This document shows, piece by piece, positions 1 to 11,348 of a stretch of DNA of 64,000 nucleotides. How positions within the stretch are numbered: position 1 is the first letter of the stretch; the number at the start of each line of letters is the position of its first letter. This stretch comes from Histomonas meleagridis 2922-C6/04-290x (Eukaryota > Protista > Parabasalia), in NCBI GenBank assembly GCA_020184695.1, contig JAANOX010000144.1:62001-126000 (forward strand), written 5' to 3'. A program made the position numbers and the translations under genes. The notes beneath the pieces are model-generated. The model was not told the DNA's origin. It made no database searches and worked only from the letters and a program-made list of their open reading frames with translations.

Positions 1-2
1 TT

Positions 3-2273
3 GAACCTATTTCATGCACTAACATTAAAAAGTACAGTGCGACAATCTTCACATCAGATCCATTAGACAAATATACTTTTTTATCTGATAAACGCGTGTT
101 AGTTGCAGATTGTTCGAATAATATATATCTCTTTACGTATTTTAAAAGTGATAGTAGTACACTTGCAAGAATTGGAGAAGTGAATACACCAATTGCTTTA
201 TTATCAACAGAAAATGAACTTAACGCAATATCGATTTCACGTTCTGGCGAATCATCTTTAATATCAATAAGAGGAAAATATTGTAATTTTTACGCAGAAA
301 CAAAACCAATTTTGGCTAACTCTGGAATTGTTAGATCAATAACAGAAGTTAGTAACAATGAATGCGTTGGAGTTTGCGAAAAAAATTATTTACATATTTT
401 AAGGGAATCTTTACAATTTACGGAATTATTTAGAACAATAATTCCTGGAATTAAAAACGCTTGGGTTTTTAACAATGAAAATATAATTTTTACTTATGAT
501 AATCAAACTTCTTTAATGAAATTTTCAAATGAAGAAATTGTTTTACTTGAAAACGATTTCTTAGTTCAAAACGAGCCAACAATTAACTTTTTCTATGACG
601 ATTTGAATGATTTATTCATTCAAATAACCGAAACAAAAGTTGTGCATTCGAACAAACCCACTCAAAATTTTGAATGCATTATCTCATCGTCAATTTCAAA
701 ATCTAATTTTGCGATTGCTATTAAAGAAAATGAAAAATATTCGATTTTGATTTATGATATACAAGCGTTTGAAGAAACAAGTAATTTTGATTTGGATGAA
801 ATAGTTAATATTATTGCAGTTAATGATGAATATATTGCATTTTCAAATTGGTCATCAAATACTATATATATTTATTATATTGAAAGTGGAGACTTAGCCA
901 AAGAAATTAATGGTGTTACTGCAATATCAATGTTATTTACTAATGATTTTTTGGTTGTTATTGAACCATTTGATCATTGTTGCTTTTATCCTATCAATTC
1001 AGATAATAAACCTTTCAAATATTTTTGTAACGGAACCCATAATTCACTAGTTTATTTACAAGAAGACGATGTTTTAATAACCGGCGAAAAACCTGTTATC
1101 GTTAATCCAAATTCAATACGAGGCATTTCATTTGAGAACTTTACAAATGCCTCTTTTTATCAAGGCCAATTTTTATTTATCAAGGACGACACATTAGTAT
1201 TATGTCATTCGAATGAGTTCAAGAAAACTATTGAAGAAGAACATATTCAATTTGATATTTTAGAGTGTATTCATTTTTCAGATAGAATTAATTTTGTAAT
1301 TACAATCAAAGACAACAAAAACATTATCATAAGTATTGTTGAAAATCCATTTTCTAATCCGATTTCAACAATTGTCATCAATGATGTTCAAATGTATTCC
1401 GGCATATGTTCCATCGAACAAAAAGATAAACATTTTGTTGCGATTGCATATGACAAAACGTTAATTTTGTATGAAATATTATGGGACAAATTTATCTTTC
1501 GATATAAATTGCCATTAGAAAAACAACCGATTTGTATAATGTCATTTAAAGAAATGATATTAATTGGTTATGATGATGAAGTTCTATTATATGAAGCTGA
1601 TATAATATCATTTACAAACATCCAATTAAAAATAGTCACGAATTTACGTACACAAGGGTATACATCATCAATATCATGCGATGAATTATTTATAGCTATA
1701 GCAGATGAGCTGCAATCGATAATATTATATGAATATGATCAACATTCCAACAAATTTAATGAAATTGCTCGAAACCCTTTTAACATAGGCTTTTCCAAAA
1801 TAAAATTAATCGACGACGATATATTTTGCGTCGATTTATTTGGTAATTTATATCAAATGCAAATCGGAGATACCAAAAACGTCGAAAGTTCCGATTTGCA
1901 AATGATTTCAGCGTTTGCAATTGGTCAAAACGTTAGTTCAATTGTTGCGCTTAAAGATAAAAACGCAGTAATAATTGGCACTGAACAAAGTCAATATTTA
2001 GAAGTTGTTTCATTAAAGATTCCAAACAAATTTAAAGTGTTATATGAACAACTCGAAATGAAAATGATAACAATCGGAAACTTATCAACAAAATCAAATA
2101 GAACTGTTGTACATGATAACTTTGAAGTGAATTGCCAAGTAATGTTTAGTCTGGATTTAATTATTAGTTTCTTAAATTTGGATGAAAATATGCAGAAAAT
2201 AATTTGTGATGAAATCGAAATGAAACTCCAAAAGGCGAAAGAAATTTGTTATGATGTTTTAAAACAAACTTAA
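3..2273 (+). CDS. DDB1/SF3B3/CPSF160-family beta-propeller protein (5'-partial)
   Basis: The frame is open from position 3, so the GTG at 96 is not the true start. C-terminal IAIADELQSIILYEY...EIARNPF...IFCVDLFGNLY resembles the CPSF_A domain. Confidence 0.6.
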   Translation, partial: EPISCTNIKKYSATIFTSDPLDKYTFLSDKRVLVADCSNNIYLFTYFKSDSSTLARIGEVNTPIALLSTENELNAISISRSGESSLISIRGKYCNFYAETKPILANSGIVRSITEVSNNECVGVCEKNYLHILRESLQFTELFRTIIPGIKNAWVFNNENIIFTYDNQTSLMKFSNEEIVLLENDFLVQNEPTINFFYDDLNDLFIQITETKVVHSNKPTQNFECIISSSISKSNFAIAIKENEKYSILIYDIQAFEETSNFDLDEIVNIIAVNDEYIAFSNWSSNTIYIYYIESGDLAKEINGVTAISMLFTNDFLVVIEPFDHCCFYPINSDNKPFKYFCNGTHNSLVYLQEDDVLITGEKPVIVNPNSIRGISFENFTNASFYQGQFLFIKDDTLVLCHSNEFKKTIEEEHIQFDILECIHFSDRINFVITIKDNKNIIISIVENPFSNPISTIVINDVQMYSGICSIEQKDKHFVAIAYDKTLILYEILWDKFIFRYKLPLEKQPICIMSFKEMILIGYDDEVLLYEADIISFTNIQLKIVTNLRTQGYTSSISCDELFIAIADELQSIILYEYDQHSNKFNEIARNPFNIGFSKIKLIDDDIFCVDLFGNLYQMQIGDTKNVESSDLQMISAFAIGQNVSSIVALKDKNAVIIGTEQSQYLEVVSLKIPNKFKVLYEQLEMKMITIGNLSTKSNRTVVHDNFEVNCQVMFSLDLIISFLNLDENMQKIICDEIEMKLQKAKEICYDVLKQT

Positions 2274-2426
2274 AAATAAAAAGTTTTAATAAACTTATCC
2301 TATTCACAAAATATTCTATGAGATTAATCAATTGTTGTGAATCAGTGGCCGTTTAAATGAAGAATATTGAATTATTATCTGGCCAAACATTCCTTAGTTT
2401 TTTCACCTGAAAAAAAATTGATTTCC

Positions 2427-3647
2427 ATGGCTAAAAAGGTTACGTACATATATGATGATGAAGTTGGGAATTTTATTTATAACTCATATCATCCTATGAA
2501 GCCACATCGCGTTAGAATGACACATAACTTAATTCTTGCATACGAGTTATTCCCAAAAATGCGAGTGATAAAACCTGAACGTGCAACAGCTACGGATATG
2601 ACTCGATATCATACTGATGAATATATTCAATTTTTACAACTTGCAACACCAGAAAATGTTTCCCAAATGGTGGGATTCTGTGAAAAGTTCGATATAAGTG
2701 AGGACTCACCAGTTTTTTACGGTCTCTTTGAGTTTTGCCAGATATCTGCAGGTGGTTCCATTACAGGTGCTAAACTTCTTAATGAAGGTAAAACACAAAT
2801 TGCAATTAATTGGGCCGGAGGTCTTCATCATGCAAAGAAAGCCGCTGCAAGTGGCTTTTGTTATGTTGCTGATTGTGTTCTCGGGATTCTTCAACTACTT
2901 GAACATTATGAACGTGTAATGTATATTGACATTGACATTCATCATGGTGATGGTGTTGAAGAAGCATTTTATACCACAGATCGTGTTCTCACAGTTTCTT
3001 TTCACAAATATGGTAGTTTCTTTCCAGGAACAGGTGCTCTTGATGACATAGGAATTGGAAAAGGAAAATACTTTTCTTGTAATATTCCTCTCAAGGATGG
3101 CATGGATGACGAAAGTTATTCAGCAATATTCAAACCAGTTATAAAAGGTCTAATTGATTGGTATCGACCAGGCGCTATCCTGTTGCAGTGCGGTTCTGAC
3201 TCCTTAACGGGCGACAGATTGGGGTGCTTCAATTTGACCGTTAAGGGCCATGCAAATTGTGTGGCGTACGTTAAGAGTTTTGGAATTCCAATGCTTGTTA
3301 CTGGAGGTGGAGGATATACAGTTAGAAATGTATCACGATGTTGGGCATATGAAACAAGTGTATTGTTAGATGTTGAAATTGATAATAATATTCCTTATAA
3401 TGATTATTTTGGTTATTACGGACCAGATTATAAACTTAATATATCACCATCAAATATGGAAAATATGAATACAGTAGAATCACTACATAATATAGAAGTG
3501 GAAGTGATGGAAAATATAAGAAGAGCACCATACCCTCCATCAGGCGGATTTGAAAAATATGACGAAACATCATTTTTGTTTGATTCAGATTCTTCAGATA
3601 GCGATATTGAAATAAACCAAAGAGATACTTTCATAGGAAAGATTTAA
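2427..3647 (+). CDS. RPD3: Class I histone deacetylase (Rpd3/HDAC1-like)
   Basis: Motifs [36 protein letters not shown] and GGGGY are intact. First in-frame ATG is at 2427. Confidence 0.95.
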   Translation: MAKKVTYIYDDEVGNFIYNSYHPMKPHRVRMTHNLILAYELFPKMRVIKPERATATDMTRYHTDEYIQFLQLATPENVSQMVGFCEKFDISEDSPVFYGLFEFCQISAGGSITGAKLLNEGKTQIAINWAGGLHHAKKAAASGFCYVADCVLGILQLLEHYERVMYIDIDIHHGDGVEEAFYTTDRVLTVSFHKYGSFFPGTGALDDIGIGKGKYFSCNIPLKDGMDDESYSAIFKPVIKGLIDWYRPGAILLQCGSDSLTGDRLGCFNLTVKGHANCVAYVKSFGIPMLVTGGGGYTVRNVSRCWAYETSVLLDVEIDNNIPYNDYFGYYGPDYKLNISPSNMENMNTVESLHNIEVEVMENIRRAPYPPSGGFEKYDETSFLFDSDSSDSDIEINQRDTFIGKI

Positions 3648-3972
3648 ATATGTAAAAAATAGATAAAATCAAATTAAATTAATTTAGTTTTGATTTAAAA
3701 AAAATGAAAATTAAAGAAAAATATAATGAATTAAAAAATCTTAATTTCAAAAAAACTGGTTATTACAGAATAATAATTGATATAAAATATTATTGTTGAA
3801 TAATGAAAAACATTATGGACAGTGTACAAAAAGTGTTATCGGATGATAAATTCTGATGTTTACTATTGTCACTTTTGATGTTCTGTTTCACAAAAAAGAC
3901 AATATGAAATTCGACTTTTTGTTTACTTTTTTCTTTGTCAGATGATTTCTGGGATTTTAATGTCTGAAAAAA

Positions 3973-4668
3973 ATGGCTCAAGAAAAATGGCCTTCCCAAA
4001 GATTATTTGCAAGAGTATTAGAAGAGATTATAAACTCATTTGAGGATAGTTCCCCAGAAAAATCAATAGCTATTTTTTCAATCTGGAATTCGCTCTTTCC
4101 AGATTGTCCTGTAAATTGTAATTCACGATTAGAAAATCATATATTAACAGTTCTCAATAGGTATATTATGTTTCACCGTACAGATCGTTTTTGTTTTGAA
4201 TTTTCTATTTTGTTTTTGGATGATCCTAATTTATTACAAAAAATTGTTAATTTATTACCGCCACCACTTTCTATAGCCATACGTATTGCTTACAGAGTAT
4301 TAATTGATCACTTTGAAAAAGTAACTCCAGAAAAAATATATTCATTTATGAATATGACAGTCGAAAATATTCAAAATCCCACAAGGTTTTCACAAGTTAT
4401 GAAAGAATTTCTAGCAGGACAATCTAATCTTAATGATATTGTCAAACAAATGCATGCTTTATTAAATACAGAATGTTTTCATTCTTTTTTAAGTATTCTT
4501 CCGCCTCATAAATATTTTCATTATTCCATACAATATAATACAATTCCACCAATACTAATGATCGACTTCAATCATTTTGGTCTTCCTTTTGAATTTTTAC
4601 AAGCAATTGCCGATATCAATGGCGAAGAATATGCACGAAATTTGATATCACCACAAAACAATGTTTAA
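3973..4668 (+). CDS. Hypothetical protein with a possible PAH (paired amphipathic helix) domain
   Basis: 231-aa ATG-started ORF. FSQVMKEF...LNDIVKQMHALL...FHSFLSILPP resembles the PAH pattern ending in F-x-x-F/I-L-P. Confidence 0.5.
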   Translation: MAQEKWPSQRLFARVLEEIINSFEDSSPEKSIAIFSIWNSLFPDCPVNCNSRLENHILTVLNRYIMFHRTDRFCFEFSILFLDDPNLLQKIVNLLPPPLSIAIRIAYRVLIDHFEKVTPEKIYSFMNMTVENIQNPTRFSQVMKEFLAGQSNLNDIVKQMHALLNTECFHSFLSILPPHKYFHYSIQYNTIPPILMIDFNHFGLPFEFLQAIADINGEEYARNLISPQNNV

Positions 4669-4800
4669 TTCATAAATAAAATCATTTTATGTTTTATTTT
4701 TGTGTTTTTCTAAAAATATATTTAATTTTTTGAAGACTTTTTTGTTCGGTTTTGGGGGAGGTAAATAAAATATTTTTGATGATTCAAATCACGAAGTCAA

Positions 4801-5112
4801 ATGTTTCTTTTAATTTTTGCTTCATTAAGATGTTGTAAAAATCATCCTGATAATTTTCATAAAGGAAAAAGAATACAAAACTCAGAAGAACTAGGAAATC
4901 TTAACCTTAAACCTTATTACATCACAGTTGGATGTGTTGTGCTTGGCGTTTTATTGTTGCTTTACCTTATCTATTTGTTTTCATGCTTATTCTTTAAAGA
5001 AACTTCATCAAGCAATCAAATGGAAGAAGCAGATGAAAATTATTTGTTGCCATTAGAGAGAGAGAATTCAAAGGAATTTGCTGATTCAAAGAATATAACA
5101 ATATTGTTATAA
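4801..5112 (+). CDS. Small single-pass membrane protein
   Basis: 103-aa ORF with one hydrophobic helix (YYITVGCVVLGVLLLLYLIYLFSCLFF) and an acidic tail. Confidence 0.55.
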   Translation: MFLLIFASLRCCKNHPDNFHKGKRIQNSEELGNLNLKPYYITVGCVVLGVLLLLYLIYLFSCLFFKETSSSNQMEEADENYLLPLERENSKEFADSKNITILL

Positions 5113-5133
5113 TAAAAAATATCAACTCATTGT

Positions 5134-5586
5134 TTATTTTGGATTAAGTTTATTTGCTAATTCTTTATAGTCAACAAGTCCATTACTGGTATCTAATGAA
5201 CCAAGAATTTCATCAATAAGCTCTTTAGAAAGAGGATTGTTTATGTTGGAAAGTACTTGGTTAACAAGATCAACTGACACTTTCCCGTCATGGTCAGTAT
5301 CAAAAGCAGCAAATGCCCGTGCTAATTCTTCTTGACTATCAGAATAACGAAGATAATAATATAATATCCTAATTAAATCAATAACATCGAATTTCTGTTC
5401 TCCTTGCCTAAATTCTCTGAAAACTATATTGTTTAAATCTTCAGATGATGTATTAATTTTAAGCAATTTAAAAACTTTTTTGATATCTTTCAAAGCTAAA
5501 TACCCATCTCCATCTTTGTCAGTTTTCTGGAAGGCCTTTTGGAATGTTTTTAGCTGCTTATCAGAGAAACAATCGCACACAGTCAT
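5134..5586 (-). CDS. Calmodulin-like EF-hand protein
   Basis: 150 aa with EF loops DKDGDGYLALKD and DTDHDGKVSVDL plus two degenerate loops. Confidence 0.85.
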   Translation of the reverse strand: MTVCDCFSDKQLKTFQKAFQKTDKDGDGYLALKDIKKVFKLLKINTSSEDLNNIVFREFRQGEQKFDVIDLIRILYYYLRYSDSQEELARAFAAFDTDHDGKVSVDLVNQVLSNINNPLSKELIDEILGSLDTSNGLVDYKELANKLNPK

Positions 5587-6211
5587 TGAGAATTAATTAT
5601 ATATAAACGTATGTCATTCAATTTAAATGAAGTGATTTAACGTGCTCCATAAAAAGCCAAATTTTAAACTGTTCATTAGTCTGCATGGAACACACTTTAA
5701 TTTCATTTAACAAAAATATATATTTTCCCATTCATTAATATTCAGTTGAAATTCAGTAAATGTGCTATGATTACCTTTGGCTTCTTTAAAGAAAAATATA
5801 TATCACAATTTTGTGATATTTATATATATTTTTATGTTTTGTTAAAATATATTTACCAAACCAAAGGATATCTTGAATGATATTATTGACATAAAGTTTT
5901 AAATTAATTGAGAATTTTTTTTTTTTGTAAAGCTATTCCAAGATTGTAAAAATTTAACAATAGATTTCAAGAAATTCTCAGCCTGTTTGAACTAAGTGAT
6001 GTCACCAGAATAAAAATGTTTAAAACTGTTGCGATAATTTTTTTTCAGAGCCAGAAAACACACAGCATGATATCGACCTACAGAAAATTTCAATGCAATT
6101 TCAATTAACCCGTATCCCTTAATCAAAAAGGTCAAAACCGATGTATCCAACAGAAAAGTGGATCGTTCTATTAAAAATGATTTTATAACGAATAATTGAT
6201 ACAAATTTACT

Positions 6212-6217
6212 TCACTT
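6212..6217 (+). promoter_or_regulatory. Initiator (Inr)-like element
   Basis: TCACTT ending 5 nt before the ADH ATG, matching the trichomonad Inr consensus TCA(T/C)T(T/A). Confidence 0.55.
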
Positions 6218-6221
6218 TATA

Positions 6222-7313
6222 ATGAACAAAGAACTTCCAAAGACAATGAAAGGTTTTGCCATGCTTAGCATTGGTAAGACAGGTTGGATCACCAAAGAGG
6301 TACCCAAATGCGGACCATTAGATGCAATTGTTCGCCCACTTGCATTAGCCCCATGCTCCTCAGATGTTCACACAGTTTGGGCAGGCGCACTTGGTGACCG
6401 TCATGATATGATTCTTGGTCACGAAGCAGTTGGCCAAATCGTTAAAGTTGGTGAACTTGTTAAAGATTTCAAACCAGGCGACAAAGTTATTGTCCCAGCA
6501 ATTACACCAGATTGGGGCAGCAGAGCAGCGCAAGAAGGATTCCCAATGCACTCAGGCTGCATGCTTGGCGGATGGAAGTTCTCGAACTTCAAAGACGGCG
6601 TTTTTGCCGAATATTTCCATGTTAACGAGGCCGATAACAACCTTGCATTAATTCCAGAAGGAATCACACCAGTGCAAGCAGTCATGCTTTGCGATATGGT
6701 TACAACCGGATTCCATGGAGCTGAACTTGCCAACATCAAATTTGGTGATACTGTATGTGTTATCGGTATTGGTCCAGTTGGCTTAATGTCAGTCGCAGGC
6801 GCTAATATGATGGGCGCATCACGTATTTTAGCCGTTGGATCACGTAAGCATTGTTGCGATATTGCAATTCAATATGGTGCAACTGATATTGTTAACTATA
6901 AGAACGGTCCAATTGTTGACCAAGTTCTTAAACTTACCAACGGTAAGGGTGTTGATAAGGTTATCATTGCTGGTGGTGATTGTGATCAATTCGCTGAAGC
7001 TGTTAAAATGGTTAAGGCCGGTGGTGTAATTGGATCAGTTAATTACCTTGGCGAAGGTGAAAATGTTAATATCCCACGTATTGAATGGGGTGTTGGAATG
7101 AGCCACAAGCACATCCATGGTGGTCTGACCCCTGGCGGTAGAGTTAGAATGGAGAAATTGGCTTCATTAATTAAGTTTGGAAAACTCGATCCAACAAAGC
7201 TTATCACTCACCGCTTCAAAGGACTTGAAAAGGTTGAAGATGCTTTGATGCTCATGAAGAACAAGCCAGCCGAATTGATCAAACCAGTCGTTGAAATTAC
7301 ATACGATGATTAG
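6222..7313 (+). CDS. adh1: NADP-dependent zinc secondary alcohol dehydrogenase (Entamoeba ADH1/clostridial Adh type)
   Basis: Motifs APCSSDVHT, LGHEAVG, DMVTTGFHGAE, GIGPVGL and AVGSR. The whole sequence closely resembles anaerobe NADP-ADHs as I recall them. Confidence 0.95.
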   Translation: MNKELPKTMKGFAMLSIGKTGWITKEVPKCGPLDAIVRPLALAPCSSDVHTVWAGALGDRHDMILGHEAVGQIVKVGELVKDFKPGDKVIVPAITPDWGSRAAQEGFPMHSGCMLGGWKFSNFKDGVFAEYFHVNEADNNLALIPEGITPVQAVMLCDMVTTGFHGAELANIKFGDTVCVIGIGPVGLMSVAGANMMGASRILAVGSRKHCCDIAIQYGATDIVNYKNGPIVDQVLKLTNGKGVDKVIIAGGDCDQFAEAVKMVKAGGVIGSVNYLGEGENVNIPRIEWGVGMSHKHIHGGLTPGGRVRMEKLASLIKFGKLDPTKLITHRFKGLEKVEDALMLMKNKPAELIKPVVEITYDD

Positions 7314-7814
7314 AAATAAAGAAGAAATAAGTTCGAAAATTCTTCTTTTTTGAAATTTATATAATCAAAGTAATAGTTAAAAGTTATATTTGACGATTCA
7401 TTAAACAATTATGTTTCACCTTGTAGTGGACATTAATAGAATGAATATATATTTTGTTGTGATTGTAATTAGTAGTTAAAATCTAGAATAATACCATTAA
7501 TAACAAGAGATAATTTTATTTTTATATTTATTAAAAAAAAAAATACAAAGTATCATAGCAATTCTCAATAATATTGATTCTCAAAAACATTCATGTAAAA
7601 GGAAATTCATTGGATTATCGATTGTTTTCTTTATAAACGAAATAATATTAACATTTATTTATTTCTTTTTCATTTTGCATCCAAACAACATTATGTAGTC
7701 CAGTTTGCACTTTGCGATAAAGTTCATATCGTCGAAAGTTGCAATTGACAAATGAAAACATTAAAATTATAACGTAAAACATCATTTTATTAACATCATA
7801 TAAATAATATCTAT

Positions 7815-10316
7815 TTAAAGCACATAATCGTTTGGTACCACTATAGTGAAAGGCGCGTGATCCATTTCCACAATTTCTTCGACATTTTCCATGTTTTCGC
7901 TTTCGATTGTTTCCACGCCCAATTTGATTTTGAATGTTTGTTGTTCTTTTTGCTTAATTTCTATTTCTGCGAACTTTGGCTTCTTCTCCAAGAAGAACAA
8001 CGCGTTTGTAACTGTGCGCGACAGTGCGCATGGAATACCCTCTGACTCGCACTGGATGCTGTCGTTTTCGTCGCTAAAGAATTCGATGTTTTCGATTGTG
8101 ATATTAATGTTAGAACTTTTCTTGACAAATGCTTTCAGTTGTGATATCATGGAACGCTCACTAAACAGAAGCTTTAGATCCAAAAAGTCAGCAACTATGA
8201 AGTCAATTGACTTCGAAACTGTTATGTGATGAACAGATCCTTTGACTAACATATTGCCAGAATGATATGGCTGAATAGGAACATTCATAATATATTGGCC
8301 GGACTCGATTTTCCCGAACTCAAAGGATTCGTTGGGCTTGATCATGTTGTTTTGGGAATCAATTAAAGATGCGGTTTCAAATGATACTCCACTAATAGAT
8401 AACCTTAAGGATTTAACTGTGCGTACAAAGTCGAATAAAATGGTAAATGGCTGCCATTGTTTGGGTAAAAAGAAGTTTGGCGTGATAAGTTTAAATGAAA
8501 ATGGTGGTGGAGATTCTTTAATAGTAATAAGTTGTTGAGGTGAAGGAAGTGGTGACTTAATGACAATATTGTTGGAACTCATTCGGATACAATGTGGAAG
8601 ATAATTACCAGATTTCTTAAATGAGCCTATAGCCTTAAATTTTTTCCCTTTAGAAATGATTTGACTTCCACACTCTAAGTATTCGTAATCTCCAGTTTCT
8701 AAAGATATGAAAACAATATCAAATTTAGGAACAGTTACTTTCGATTTAAAGTGACATTTCAGGTGAACGTTAATTTCTATTTTCTTACCCTTAACGTACT
8801 CATTTGAATCGATTTTGGTCGTTATATCTATCGGATAATTCAAATCTATTGAACTTTCGGTATAATCAGAAAACAATTGTGATAAAACATTAGCAGCAAA
8901 TTTATGATACGAATGTAAATTTTCATCTGATAAAATTTGTAGTGATAAATTAATTTTATTTTCAGCATTTAAATTTGAAATTATAGATTTTGATATTTTC
9001 TTAATTAAGTTACAATTTTTATATTTTATGAACAATTTAATGAATTCCAATTTATAATTATTTTTATCTTCGTGATCATAATTAATATAATTCTGCATTA
9101 TAATTGCTGCTTTTCTATTAAATCCATTATTTAAACATAAGTCAATTAGTTTTAATAAAATTGATTTCATTTCAAGTTCGAATTTTTTGTCAGAAGAAAT
9201 TTTCTTTATTATCGAATTGTAATTACTGTTCTCTTTTGCGGTATTTCCTATATCCAATTGTCTTTTAACTGATTCCAATTGTATACAATATATTTCGAGT
9301 AAATTTATTTCATTCTTAATGATTTCATAATCGTTTTTCTTATTATATTTCTTACATTCTTTTATCAATTGTTGTAATGCTGTTGTAAACCACAAATTGT
9401 ATTGGAATTCGGACATTATAATGTTTTGCTTGATGAGCATCGATATATTAAAGAGAAATCGAGTTGAATATTGTACAGCTTTAATAAAATCATTCGAATC
9501 GATATACGACTGAAGTTTCCACTTGTATAAAAAGTAACGAATGTTATATTCACATTTGGAATTAAGAATAAAGTCGTCCGTAAATTGATCAATCCCTTTG
9601 GAAAAACTAAAAGAATATGTAAGTGAATTATTGTCAACAAAGTCTTCAAAGACATTGCGGTGATTCTCTATAAGTTCTTCTGTGTATGATACAATTGTAA
9701 CATATTCAACTGTTAATGATAACCGATTATAGATCTTGATAAGACGTAATGAGTTTTGAAAAGTAGAAAGTGTAATTTCTGTTTGCAAATTTGGACTTAA
9801 GGCTTTGATGCGCTTATGGAAAATGCTGATTATTTGTGAAATTAAAACTGGCCATATCTTGCGCATATCAGCTTTCTTAGGATTGCCTTGGCCTTTTATG
9901 GAAAGAACTTGTAGATTGGGAATATGTGATTGGATATGTTGAACTAAAGAGCTGGATTGCACAAAAAGAGTCTTGCTTTTAAGCTTTTTGGGATCAAATA
10001 TAAAAATTGCTTGAATCTGTATATGAGGCCTTGAGTAATTTTGATTAAAGGTTTCGATTTCTTTCATGTGATTACGAGTAAAATCTCCTTTACTGGAACA
10101 TAAAAAAAAGTTTAATATAATATAGGGAGAAAATGCTGTGTCATCAAGATTTTGTGGTTGTTGAACAAGCTCAATTTTTGGATTAAATTGAAACGATTGT
10201 TTTGGGCTACTTTCAAGTAAACCTGAGATTTCTTTTGGCTTGGAAAAGTTCATTACTTTAGTTATGCCTGATGAATATTCGGATGGAGCAACAACATAAA
10301 TATGAGGTTCAAACAT
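7815..10316 (-). CDS. TRAPPC10/Trs130-like large TRAPP subunit
   Basis: Helical N-half with YNIRYFLYKWKLQ...NLWFTTALQQL resembles the TRAPPC10 FRxYLFxRQ...W pattern; C-half is beta-rich and Ig-like. First ATG is at 10316. Confidence 0.5.
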   Translation of the reverse strand: MFEPHIYVVAPSEYSSGITKVMNFSKPKEISGLLESSPKQSFQFNPKIELVQQPQNLDDTAFSPYIILNFFLCSSKGDFTRNHMKEIETFNQNYSRPHIQIQAIFIFDPKKLKSKTLFVQSSSLVQHIQSHIPNLQVLSIKGQGNPKKADMRKIWPVLISQIISIFHKRIKALSPNLQTEITLSTFQNSLRLIKIYNRLSLTVEYVTIVSYTEELIENHRNVFEDFVDNNSLTYSFSFSKGIDQFTDDFILNSKCEYNIRYFLYKWKLQSYIDSNDFIKAVQYSTRFLFNISMLIKQNIIMSEFQYNLWFTTALQQLIKECKKYNKKNDYEIIKNEINLLEIYCIQLESVKRQLDIGNTAKENSNYNSIIKKISSDKKFELEMKSILLKLIDLCLNNGFNRKAAIIMQNYINYDHEDKNNYKLEFIKLFIKYKNCNLIKKISKSIISNLNAENKINLSLQILSDENLHSYHKFAANVLSQLFSDYTESSIDLNYPIDITTKIDSNEYVKGKKIEINVHLKCHFKSKVTVPKFDIVFISLETGDYEYLECGSQIISKGKKFKAIGSFKKSGNYLPHCIRMSSNNIVIKSPLPSPQQLITIKESPPPFSFKLITPNFFLPKQWQPFTILFDFVRTVKSLRLSISGVSFETASLIDSQNNMIKPNESFEFGKIESGQYIMNVPIQPYHSGNMLVKGSVHHITVSKSIDFIVADFLDLKLLFSERSMISQLKAFVKKSSNINITIENIEFFSDENDSIQCESEGIPCALSRTVTNALFFLEKKPKFAEIEIKQKEQQTFKIKLGVETIESENMENVEEIVEMDHAPFTIVVPNDYVL

Positions 10317-11348
10317 TTGCCTGTTAAAAAACCGTTTACTTCTACAATTGAAAGAGCGCAAAAATGCAGTTTTTCCGGGTTAATGCGATTTTTATAACTT
10401 CCCTTTTAAGGAAATATTTTATGTTTTTTCAACCACATGAATAATGTTTCAGAACAAAATGTGATAATATGGAAAAATTAGATCTACATTGAAATCATTA
10501 TATAAGAAGGAATTCTAAAAATAAAAAAATCTACAGTACCTTAATTTTACATAACATCTGACAACAATTTGTATTCATGACATTATGATATGTATAATCG
10601 TTGATTAAATTTTTTTGGAAAATTCCAATTTTCTTCAAAACGTTAGCATGATATTATATTAAATTTAAAGTTATAATGTAATATATACTATAGTGTTATT
10701 TTACAATAAAACTAAATAAAAATTTCGTGTATTTTTAGAAATCTACCAAATTTTTCATTTACATAACCAAAATATTTTATTGAATTAAAAACAACCAAAA
10801 AAATAACGAAAGGCTCAATACTTTTTGGTAACGAAAATATTTCATATAGATCTCGACAACAAGAAATGAATTTTAAATTTTCAAATTTGTCGAGTCCAAA
10901 AAGACGTTAAGTCACTTGACTTTACTATCATTTTAATGGGCCATTTACACACAGAAAATTGAGAGCATATCAATAAAATTCTTAAGAGATTTTAAGTCGC
11001 ACGATTAATCGTAAAAGTGCTTTTTTTCACGGTGTTTTAATCGTTTTAAACTCAAAAAGTGAGATCCCGCCAAAATTTTCACTCAAATTGACACACGTCT
11101 TTATCATTTCCTGACAAATAAGCTCTCAAAGGAATAACACTGTTGTTCATTTATCTATAAGAAATCTTTCATTATTAAAAAAATGAGTACACGGTGAATT
11201 TTTATGGATAATATAGAACATTCACACGAAAACGAAGGAAAATTTCCATTGACAAGAAGTTGTTTACACTATTCAATATCATCAAAGTTGTTATCGTCAT
11301 TCAAATTTCAAAGCGTTCTATCGGCTTTCATCATTCTAAACTTACGAT

